Source: Candidatus Aldehydirespiratoraceae bacterium
GTDB lineage: Bacteria; Actinomycetota; Acidimicrobiia; Acidimicrobiales; Aldehydirespiratoraceae
Direction of reading: 5' to 3'
Length of the DNA: 64,000 bases
NCBI GenBank assembly: GCA_965208435.1
Contig: OZ242337.1
Coordinates: 2,572,588-2,636,587, forward strand
Shown here piece after piece: positions 8,760-16,562 of this stretch. Within the stretch, counting starts at the first letter, position 1, and each line of letters begins with the position of its first letter. A model generated the notes under the pieces. It was not told where the DNA came from and searched no databases. It was given only the letters and a program-made list of their open reading frames with translations. The translations under genes were made by a program, and so were the position numbers.

Positions 8760-10053
8760 TTACGCTTCAACCGAGACCTTACCGGTCACGGCTGCGGTGA
8801 TCAGCGCGGTTCGGTACTCCTGTAGGAGCTTGATGACAGACTCCTCTCGCGAGGACAGAGCGTCGATGCGGGTCGTTTCGGTGTCGAGGTAGTCAGCGAT
8901 GGTCCGCTGCTCGGGAAGCGGTGGTGTCGGTATCGGCATGCGGCCGACGTCCGCTGTGGAGACAGCGTCATAGGTTGAGCCAACTGACAGCGGTTCCAAC
9001 GATTGTCGTGTCATGTGCAGGACCCACCAGGCGAATTGCGGATCGAGACGCTCTCGGCTTGGTGTTACGCCACAGAGTCCGCGGCCAATTGCATAGGCCT
9101 GATCCGCCCTGTTCAACGCGCCAACGGGTGCTCTCACTGATAGCAGGAGCGTTCCGATCTCAACGACCTTCGGGGCCGCGTTGCAGTACCACTTCGGAGT
9201 AGGGCTGCGTTCACCGAATTCAGCGTTTCCCTGTAAGAAAGGTCGTTCACCGGGCTCATCGCGGTATGCGTCGGACGGTGGTGACTGTCCCATGATCACA
9301 CGACCTGCGTACTTGGTGGCCCGCAATTCCCAATGTTCGGGGATGTCGCCTAGCCAGTTGGTGCCGGAGGGGGGGGGAGGGGTCGAGGCCGCGGGTTACG
9401 GTCTGGGTGATCAGGGATGTGCGCTTCTCGGTGAGGAGGTCGATGAGGCGGCGTTTCTTGGAGATGAGGGTGTCGATGCGGGCGGTTTCGGTGTCGAGGT
9501 AGTCAGCGATCGTCCGTTGCTCGGGGAGAGATGGAAAGGGGACGACAGCTTCGCCGACGGCAGAATTTGGCAGCCCGAATCGTGTGATGCCTGTTGCCGC
9601 AACTTGGAGTTGACAATTCACCGCTGTTGACTGCATTGCTCGGAACACGAAACCGGGATCCGCTAGTGGAGTTGGTCGGACGATGCCGAGGTGGTAGCCA
9701 CAGACGAAGTCATCGGCCGTTTCTTCGATGAGCGCCGGCACAGCGATGTCCTGCCAGTCCTCGGAATCCTTTGTGATCACAACGTCGCCTTCGCTCAGCT
9801 TGAATCGAGCGAACTCTTGTGGCGACGCTGTTGCTTCCATGAAACTGCCGTCGCCAGCCCGAATGCGGTCTGTGTAATAGACATCGGTGTAGTTGCACAG
9901 CTTGACGGGCAACTCTCCTTTCTTGGTCTTCTTGTCAACGTTGCTCGTCCGATATGACGCCCGATACTTGAGACGCAGAACTTCCCAGTGGGCGGGGATG
10001 TCGCCCAGCCAGTCCAGGCCAGAAGGCTTGTAATCAGGGAAGCGGTCTGTCAC
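8760..10053 (-). pseudogene. hsdS: type I restriction-modification specificity subunit HsdS, split by a +1 frameshift at a C9 tract
   Basis: The two ORFs (9256..10053 and 8760..9326) each carry one target-recognition domain followed by the conserved PEQRTIADYLDTET.RID helix. The second TRD entry motif WLGDIPEHWEL is present upstream of the second ORF start but in another frame. Confidence 0.85.
9369..9377. repeat. G9 (C9 on the coding strand) homopolymer inside hsdS
   Basis: Counted directly as ggagg ggggggg agg. Removing one C gives ...TRGLDPSPPSGTNWLGDIPEHWELRATKY..., that is, an intact two-TRD HsdS. Confidence 0.9.
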
Positions 10054-12077
10054 AGGGTTGCCTCGGCGAGGAGGGTTTGGATCTCGGCTTCTAGGGCTTT
10101 GATTTCGGCGTTGATCTCGGTGAGGGGGCGGGGCGGGGTGTAGGTGTAGAAGTGGCGGGTCAGGGGGATTTCGTAGCCGATCTTGGTCTTGTCGGGGTCG
10201 TGCCAGGCGTCGGGGACGTAGGGGAGAACCTCGGACTCCATGTAGTCGTCGATGGCTGTGCGGTACTCGATGGTCTCGAGCCGTGCTGAGGGGTCGCCCT
10301 CGAAAGTCACGCCCACCGGGGGCAGCGGGATGTTCTCGTAGTCGCGCAGGTCGGGGTCGGGCTTGGGAGCACCCGCGCGGTCGGTGATGATCGGGGCCTC
10401 GGGGTCACGCACAGCAACAGCTTCCGTCACGGCCTTGACCAGGGCAGCGGTCCGGTCCAGACCCGCCGAGTCGAGCACCTCTGACATCACAGCCCTCGCT
10501 AGCCTCTCGGTGGCGAAGGAACTGCCCAGCCGCTCGCGCAACGCATCGAGCAGAGCTTCGTGCAACGAAGCATCCAGCTTGCCGACGGCCTTGAGAGACT
10601 CGACAGCAAGCAAGGTGTCATCGGTGATCTCCCAACACAACTGCAGAGGACGCTCGACGGTGATGTGCAGGAAACCGAACGCCTCGTTGGGGAAGATCTT
10701 GACCTGGGGACCCTCCTCGAAGGCGCCGTACAGTCTCGCGATCTCATCGATCTGAGCGACCGAGAGCTCCTTGCGCTTCTGGCCGAGCGACTTGCGGGTC
10801 TTGGTGAAGATCTCGCGAGCGTCCAGAAGCTGGATCTTGCCGCGCCGCCGTGCCGTCTTGCGGTTGGTGACCACCCAGAAGTACGTCGAGATCCCGGTGT
10901 TGTAGAAGAGCTGGTCGGGCAAAGCGACGACCGCTTCGAGCATGTCGTTCTCAATGATCCAGCGCCGGATCTCCGACTCGCCCGAACCCGCACCCCCGGT
11001 GAACAGCGGCGACCCGTTGAACACGATCGCCAAGCGGGCGCCACCCTCGGCGGCGGGTTTCATCTTCGAGACCATGTGCTGCAGGAACAGGAAACTGCCG
11101 TCGTTGATGCGGGGCAGGCCAGCCCCGAAACGGCCGGCGAAACCCAGAGCCGAATGCTCGCCCCGCACCGAGTCGGCCACCATCTTCCACTCCACGCCGA
11201 AAGGAGGATTCGCCAGCAGGTAGTCGAAGCGCTCACCGGAATGCTGGTCGTCGTCGAAGCTGTTGCCGAAACGGATGTTGGCAGCCTCCTGGCCCTTGAT
11301 GAGCATGTCGGCACGGCAGGTGGCATACGTCTCGGCGTTCAACTCCTGGCCGAACACCCGCAGACGAGCCTGCGGGTTGAGCCTGCGCAGGTGATCCTCG
11401 GCAACCGACAGCATCCCGCCGGTCCCGCACGCCGGATCGAGCAGCGTCTTGACCACACCGGGGCGCGTCAACAGCTCGTCGTCGTCGATGAACAGCAGGT
11501 TCACCATCAGCCGGATCACCTCACGGGGCGTGAAATGCTCACCCGCCGTCTCGTTCGACAGCTCGGAGAACCTGCGGATCAACTCCTCGTAGAGATAACC
11601 CATGTCGAGATCCGAGACCGACTCGGGGCTCAAGTCGATGTCGGCGAACTTCGACACTGCCAGATACAGCAGGTTGTGCTCGTCGAGGCGGTCGATCTGC
11701 ACGTCGAAGTTGAACTTGTCGACAATGTCACGCGCCGACTCGGAGAACCCGGCGATGTAGTTCCGCAAGTTGCCGGCCACATTGTCGGGATCACCGAGCA
11801 GGGTGCCGAACGTGTGCCTCGACGTGTTGACGAACGGCTGCCCAGCCACCTGCTGCAACACCGGCTCACGATTCTGCAGCGACGGCGGCAGTTCCTCCAG
11901 ACGCTCCAGCACAGCCTCCTTGGTCGGCTCCAGCACGCAGTCCAGGCGCCGCAGCACCGTCAACGGCAGGATCACCCGACCGTACTCCGACTGCTTGTAG
12001 ACGCCCCGCAGCAGATCCGCCACCGACCAGATGAACCCCGCATGATTGTTGACCGCTGTCTCGCTCATCGATTCCAA
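10050..12077 (-). CDS. hsdM: type I restriction-modification DNA methyltransferase subunit HsdM
   Basis: 675 aa with the AdoMet motif LDPACGTGGML and the catalytic motif LLANPPFGVEW. Its stop overlaps the hsdS start at 10050-10053. Confidence 0.95.
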   Translation of the reverse strand: MESMSETAVNNHAGFIWSVADLLRGVYKQSEYGRVILPLTVLRRLDCVLEPTKEAVLERLEELPPSLQNREPVLQQVAGQPFVNTSRHTFGTLLGDPDNVAGNLRNYIAGFSESARDIVDKFNFDVQIDRLDEHNLLYLAVSKFADIDLSPESVSDLDMGYLYEELIRRFSELSNETAGEHFTPREVIRLMVNLLFIDDDELLTRPGVVKTLLDPACGTGGMLSVAEDHLRRLNPQARLRVFGQELNAETYATCRADMLIKGQEAANIRFGNSFDDDQHSGERFDYLLANPPFGVEWKMVADSVRGEHSALGFAGRFGAGLPRINDGSFLFLQHMVSKMKPAAEGGARLAIVFNGSPLFTGGAGSGESEIRRWIIENDMLEAVVALPDQLFYNTGISTYFWVVTNRKTARRRGKIQLLDAREIFTKTRKSLGQKRKELSVAQIDEIARLYGAFEEGPQVKIFPNEAFGFLHITVERPLQLCWEITDDTLLAVESLKAVGKLDASLHEALLDALRERLGSSFATERLARAVMSEVLDSAGLDRTAALVKAVTEAVAVRDPEAPIITDRAGAPKPDPDLRDYENIPLPPVGVTFEGDPSARLETIEYRTAIDDYMESEVLPYVPDAWHDPDKTKIGYEIPLTRHFYTYTPPRPLTEINAEIKALEAEIQTLLAEATL

Positions 12078-12319
12078 TCCCCGACAGTGTGCGTCGCCAC
12101 ACTAGAAGATCAGGGACGTTCCGTCCTACCCCGCGTTCAGCTCTGCGTGCTCACCGTCTCGCGGTCTGCCGAACTGGACTCCGTCGCCGACATCTGCGCC
12201 GAGGCAGTGCCGCATGGTCGTTGCCATGTCGGTTCGGCTCTGGTACGGTCTGGGCACTTGCCAAGTCGAGGCAACAGCTTCCCCCAGATTTGATTCGATT
12301 TGATTTGATGGAGGCTGCC

Positions 12320-12706
12320 ATGACGGTGAGTGAGGAACAGCGACTCGAGTTGTTCCACAGGTTGAGTGAGCAGATCGGAGAGGGGGCTGCGAACACACTG
12401 ATGGAGTCTTTACCCCCCTTTTCGTGGCACGACGTCGCCACCAAGGACGACCTCAAGGCCCTGAAGGAATGGACCGAGGTCAAGTTCGAGCGAGTCGATG
12501 CGCAGTTCGTTGCGCTGTCCGCCGAGTTTCGGACTGCGATCGCCGAACTCTCCGCCAACATGACCAATGAGATCGCGGGCCTGTCCAAGGAGGTCTCCGG
12601 CCTGTCCATGGACAACGCGAGACAGACCTGGGTGTTCGTGTCCACGGTGGCTGCCCTTGCGGTGGCCGTGTGCGCGACGATCGCCGGTGGCGTGTTCTTC
12701 GCCTGA
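12320..12706 (+). CDS. DUF1640-like tail-anchored coiled-coil protein (paralog 2)
   Basis: Start chosen at MTVSEEQRLEL by homology to paralog 1, with a GGAGG 5 nt upstream. It has the LMESLPPFSWHDVATKDDL motif and a C-terminal TM helix. Confidence 0.7.
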   Translation: MTVSEEQRLELFHRLSEQIGEGAANTLMESLPPFSWHDVATKDDLKALKEWTEVKFERVDAQFVALSAEFRTAIAELSANMTNEIAGLSKEVSGLSMDNARQTWVFVSTVAALAVAVCATIAGGVFFA

Positions 12707-12725
12707 ACCCGCAGGTGTGGCCGGG

Positions 12726-12768
12726 CCGGGTCGGCGTACCTGATATTCGGGAACTGAGACCGACCCGG
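12726..12768. terminator. possible bidirectional hairpin between convergent genes
   Basis: ccgggtcgg (12726-12734) pairs with ccgacccgg (12760-12768) around a 25-nt loop. It sits between the paralog-2 stop and the mutM stop, and there is no clear U-tract. Confidence 0.25.
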
Positions 12769-12769
12769 G

Positions 12770-13579
12770 TCAGCGGGGTTGGCAGGCGGGGCACCAGGTG
12801 GTGCTGCGGGCGTCTAGGACTCGGCGTGCCATGATCGTGCCGCAACGGTCGCAGGGCTCACCGGAGCGCCCGTAGCAGTGCAACTCGTGCTGGTTGGCGC
12901 CGGACTGGCCCTCTGAGTCCACGTAGTCGCGCAGGGTCGTGCCGCCGTACTTGATGCCGGAGTCGAGGGCCGTGCGTATTCCCTCGACGAGGCGGTCCGC
13001 CCGCTGCGGGCTCAGCCGCCGGGTCGCCGGGTTGATCCTGGCGAGCCAGAAGGCCTCGTCGGCGTATATGTTGCCGATCCCCGCCACCGGGCGCTGAGAC
13101 AACAGCAGCGTCTTGACATAGCGGTCCGAGCGCTTCACGAAGGCAGCCAGGGACCGCCCGGTGAAGGCGGGATCCCACGGCTCGGGCCCCAGAGCAGCGA
13201 GCGTGGGGATGCCGCCGTGATCACCGCGCTCAACATGGTGGATGCGCCCGAAACGCCGAATGTCGTGGAACGTCAGCCGCCCACCGCTATCGAGGTCCCA
13301 CCAAGCCCGAAGATGGGGATGCTCCAGCGCCTCGGGGGTCCGCTCCCGCACCGCGAGCCGCCCCGTCATCCCAAGGTGGACGATCAACTCCTCACCGCCG
13401 GAGAGGTCGAAGAGCAGGTACTTCCCCCGGCGGCGAACCCCCATGACCTCGGCGCCCACAGCACCCACGGCGGGCGTGAACTTCTCAGACCAGTGCGACC
13501 CGGCATCGACGATCTCCGCTCCCACCACACGCGGCTCAAGTTGGCGGCGGATCGTCTCCACCTCAGGCAGTTCAGGCAC
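12770..13579 (-). CDS. mutM: formamidopyrimidine-DNA glycosylase (Fpg/MutM)
   Basis: It has the N-terminal MPELPEVETIRRQL and a C-terminal zinc finger CYGRSGEPCDRCG...WCPACQ. Confidence 0.9.
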   Translation of the reverse strand: MPELPEVETIRRQLEPRVVGAEIVDAGSHWSEKFTPAVGAVGAEVMGVRRRGKYLLFDLSGGEELIVHLGMTGRLAVRERTPEALEHPHLRAWWDLDSGGRLTFHDIRRFGRIHHVERGDHGGIPTLAALGPEPWDPAFTGRSLAAFVKRSDRYVKTLLLSQRPVAGIGNIYADEAFWLARINPATRRLSPQRADRLVEGIRTALDSGIKYGGTTLRDYVDSEGQSGANQHELHCYGRSGEPCDRCGTIMARRVLDARSTTWCPACQPR

Positions 13580-13598
13580 ACCGGCACCCTATTGCAGC

Positions 13599-13656
13599 CG
13601 TGTCGGCGCAACCAAGGCAAGCGTGTCGGCGCAACAGGGGCGCGCGTCGGTGCAAC
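13599..13656. promoter_or_regulatory. three 14-nt direct repeats upstream of mutM
   Basis: cgtgtcggcgcaac occurs at 13599 and 13622, and cgcgtcggtgcaac at 13643. The spacing is 23 and 21 nt, beginning 20 nt upstream of the mutM start. Confidence 0.3.
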
Positions 13657-13817
13657 TCGAGGATCAGGCTGACACATCCCCTCGGTCGCGGCGAGATGTT
13701 GAGCCTGCGCCCAAACGGCAGTGTGTACGAATATCGGTAGTGATTACCGGTTTTGAGCAGCATTGACTACCGAAAATCGCATATGTCGCGGGTTATGGTC
13801 GAAGGGTGCAACGAGGG

Positions 13818-13912
13818 TGTCAGGTGGTGCTGCGGACGCGAACGGCCCGGCGTGCCATGACGGTGCGCAACGATCGCAGACTCTCCGGAGCGTCCGTGGC
13901 AGTGCAGCCAGG
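13818..13912 (-). pseudogene. degenerate, frameshifted copy of an Fpg/Nei zinc-finger 3' end
   Basis: It reads LHCHGRSGES / CDRCGTVMARRAVRVRSTT* across two frames, versus mutM LHCYGRSGEPCDRCGTIMARRVLDARSTTW. The nucleotide match to 12786-12880 is visible by hand alignment. Confidence 0.5.
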
Positions 13913-14000
13913 GGTTCCACGGGCATGTCGGTACCCGGAACTATGCTGACGAACGTTCGTTCGCAAACGCCGCAACCACGGTAACCACGGGAGGCTCCCC

Positions 14001-16421
14001 ATGCCCCGACAACTCGAGTTCGACTCCGGCTACGCCCGCGACGTCGTCGATGTGCCCGTCGCCGACGAGATGAGCGAGTCGTTCCTCGCCTACTCGCTGA
14101 GCGTCATCACCGCCAGGGCCATACCCGACGTGAGAGACGGCCTCAAACCGGTGCAGCGGCGGATCCTCTGGTCGATGCTGCAGATGGGGGTCCGCCCCGG
14201 CACTCCGTTCCGAAAGTCGGCCCGCATCGTCGGCGACACCATGGGCCGCTACCACCCCCACGGCGACTCCGCCATCTACGACACGCTGGTGCGGATGGGG
14301 CAGGACTTCTCGCGGATGCTCCCGTTCATCGACCCGCAGGGCAACTTCGGCTCCCTCGACGATCCGCCCGCAGCATCGCGCTACACCGAATGCCGCCTCG
14401 CCGCCCCGGCCATGGACATGGTCCGCGAGCTCGACGAGGACACTGTCGACTTCCGCGCCACCTACGACGGCGAGGGAGAGGAGCCGGTGGTGCTGCCCGC
14501 GGCGGTGCCCAACATCATCGTCAACGGCACCAGCGGGATCGCCGTGGGAATGGCCACCAACATGGCCCCGCACAACCTCCGTGAGGCAGCCGAACTGGTC
14601 AGGCTGGTGATGACCAGGCGGCGCCCCAAGCCGACCGTCGACGAGATGATGGAAGTGCTCCCCGGGCCCGACTTCCCGTCGGGCGGCATCGTGGTCAACG
14701 ACGGCCTGCGCGAGGCCTACGAGACCGGGCGCGGCTCGTTCCGGATCCGTGCGAAGGCCCACGTCGAGCAGGTCACCCGCTCACGTCAGGCGGTGGTCGT
14801 CACCGAGTTGCCGTACCTGGTCGGGCCCGAGCGGGTGATCAGCAAGGTCCAGGAACTCGCCAACAACGGCAGGCTCGCCGGGATCGCGGGCATCGCCGAC
14901 CTCAGCGACATGGAGGGGCTGCGCATCCAGATCGACCTGAAACCGGGCGTCAACCCGCAGCTCGCACTCCAGGACCTGTACCGGCTCACACCGCTCGAGG
15001 AGACGTTCGGAATCAACAATGTGGTGCTGGTCGACGGGGTGCCGACCACGCTCGGCATCGGTGACCTGTGCCGCCTCTACACCGAGCACCGCCTCGAGGT
15101 GATCGTCCGCCGCACCGAGTACCGCCTCGCCAAAGCACAGGACCGCCTGCACATCCTCGAGGGTCTGCTGGTCGCCCTCGACGCGATAGACGAGGTCGTC
15201 GCCATCATCCGAGGCTCCCAGGACGCCCCCGAAGCCCGGGTGAGGCTGATCGAGCGGTTCCTGCTTACAGACGTCCAGGCAGCGCACATCCTCGACATGC
15301 CGCTGCGTCGGCTCACCGCCCTGGCCAAGCTCGAACTCGAACAGGAGGCCACCGGACTGCGCGTCGACATTGCCGAGTATCACAAGCTGCTCAGCTCGGA
15401 GGCACGCCGCCGCACCCTCGTGCTCAAGGAGCTCGACGAGATCGTCGAGGCCCACGGGGTCCCGAGGCGCGCCGAGATCATCGAACCCGACAGCATCGTG
15501 GTACACGAACAGCCCGCGCCCGACGAATCCGAGACCGTGGGCGTCGATGAACCGTGCGTGGTGACCCTGTCGACGTCGGGGAATCTCGGCCGTGTTCCCA
15601 CCAACGGAGCGCGGCGGGCGACCGTGGGCCGTCACGATCTGATCGCGGCCCGCGCCATGACCACCACAGGCTCCGAGATCATGGCGGTCACCTCCGAGGG
15701 TCGAGCCGTCCCGGTGCGGGTCCGGGAGCTTCCTGATGCAACCGGACGTGCCCGCGGAGTGGCCGCATCGGCGCAGCTCGGGCTCAACAGGGGCGAGACG
15801 GTGCTGGCGCTGCTCACCGACGGCGACGAACGCCTGGTGCTCGTGACAGCCAACGGTGTGGTGAAAAGGCTGACCCTCGGCGAGGTGATGGGCACCAGAT
15901 CGTCTGCGACCGTGGTCTCGCTGAAGGGCAACGACCGGGTGGTCGCGGCGTTCCGGGCCCCCCTCGGCGTCGACATCGCCCTCGTTGCATCCGACGGCCA
16001 GGTGCTGCGCACACCCGTCGACGGCATCAACGACCAGGGTCGGGGCGCGGCCGGAGTCGCCGGCATGAGACTGCTCGGTGACGCCGAGGTCGTGGGCGCC
16101 GATGCGATGCTCGGAGACGGTGTGGTGCTGACCGTCACCAGCGCCGCAGGTGTCAAGGCGACGCCCTACAGCGACCTGTCGGCGAAGGGCCGTGGCGGCC
16201 AGGGAGTGCGGATCGCCCGGCTGGCCGAAGGCGAGACGGTCACCGGCGCCTGGTTCGGGCCTGCGGCGATGACCGACGTGTACTCGCTCATGGCCGACTA
16301 CGACGACCCCCGCAAGCTTGATCCCAACCCTGTGCCGCTCAACATCGACCCCAGCGCCCGCGACCTGGTGCCGAGCCGCACCGAGCGCCAGATCATGGTG
16401 GTTGCAGACGCCCGCTGGTAG
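14001..16421 (+). CDS. parC: type IIA topoisomerase subunit A (topoisomerase IV ParC-like)
   Basis: 806 aa with the DVRDGLKPVQRRILWSM motif and a beta-pinwheel C-terminal domain. The choice of ParC over GyrA rests on the QRRILW motif and the paired ParE-like gene nearby. Confidence 0.85.
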   Translation: MPRQLEFDSGYARDVVDVPVADEMSESFLAYSLSVITARAIPDVRDGLKPVQRRILWSMLQMGVRPGTPFRKSARIVGDTMGRYHPHGDSAIYDTLVRMGQDFSRMLPFIDPQGNFGSLDDPPAASRYTECRLAAPAMDMVRELDEDTVDFRATYDGEGEEPVVLPAAVPNIIVNGTSGIAVGMATNMAPHNLREAAELVRLVMTRRRPKPTVDEMMEVLPGPDFPSGGIVVNDGLREAYETGRGSFRIRAKAHVEQVTRSRQAVVVTELPYLVGPERVISKVQELANNGRLAGIAGIADLSDMEGLRIQIDLKPGVNPQLALQDLYRLTPLEETFGINNVVLVDGVPTTLGIGDLCRLYTEHRLEVIVRRTEYRLAKAQDRLHILEGLLVALDAIDEVVAIIRGSQDAPEARVRLIERFLLTDVQAAHILDMPLRRLTALAKLELEQEATGLRVDIAEYHKLLSSEARRRTLVLKELDEIVEAHGVPRRAEIIEPDSIVVHEQPAPDESETVGVDEPCVVTLSTSGNLGRVPTNGARRATVGRHDLIAARAMTTTGSEIMAVTSEGRAVPVRVRELPDATGRARGVAASAQLGLNRGETVLALLTDGDERLVLVTANGVVKRLTLGEVMGTRSSATVVSLKGNDRVVAAFRAPLGVDIALVASDGQVLRTPVDGINDQGRGAAGVAGMRLLGDAEVVGADAMLGDGVVLTVTSAAGVKATPYSDLSAKGRGGQGVRIARLAEGETVTGAWFGPAAMTDVYSLMADYDDPRKLDPNPVPLNIDPSARDLVPSRTERQIMVVADARW

Positions 16422-16493
16422 GTGACGGCGCGATGCTGTACCTCGGCTCGGCGACGAGCGTCAGATCATGGTGTTGCAGACGCCCGCTGGTAG
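16382..16493. repeat. direct duplication of the last ~40 nt of parC (including the stop)
   Basis: cgagcgccagatcatggtggttgcagacgcccgctggtag (16382-16421) recurs as cgagcgtcagatcatggtg-ttgcagacgcccgctggtag (16455-16493). Confidence 0.8.
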
Positions 16494-16562
16494 TGCCTCT
16501 CGGGTGGCTCGCCCCCCGCTGCCGGCTCGCCCCCCCCGCTGGTAGCGCTGCTCGGCACTCGG

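Noticed and set aside
5391-12077. Search for an hsdR gene to complete the type I system.
   Set aside because: No ORF of suitable length (about 900-1100 aa) or with helicase/nuclease motifs exists in the first 13 kb on either strand. hsdR may be elsewhere or lost, which cannot be decided from this window.
10560-12293. Very long ORFs antisense to or overlapping confidently assigned genes. They include 10560..12293 (+), 18038..19867 (-), 25493..27349 (+), 41590..43107 (+), 45929..47128 (-), 45944..47794 (+), 59794..62598 (+) and 13941..14762 (-).
   Set aside because: These are typical high-GC shadow ORFs. Their translations are Arg/Pro/Gly/His-rich low-complexity with no motifs, while the opposite or alternative frame carries clear family signatures (hsdM, parE, dxs, SBP, Liv fusion, valS, parC).
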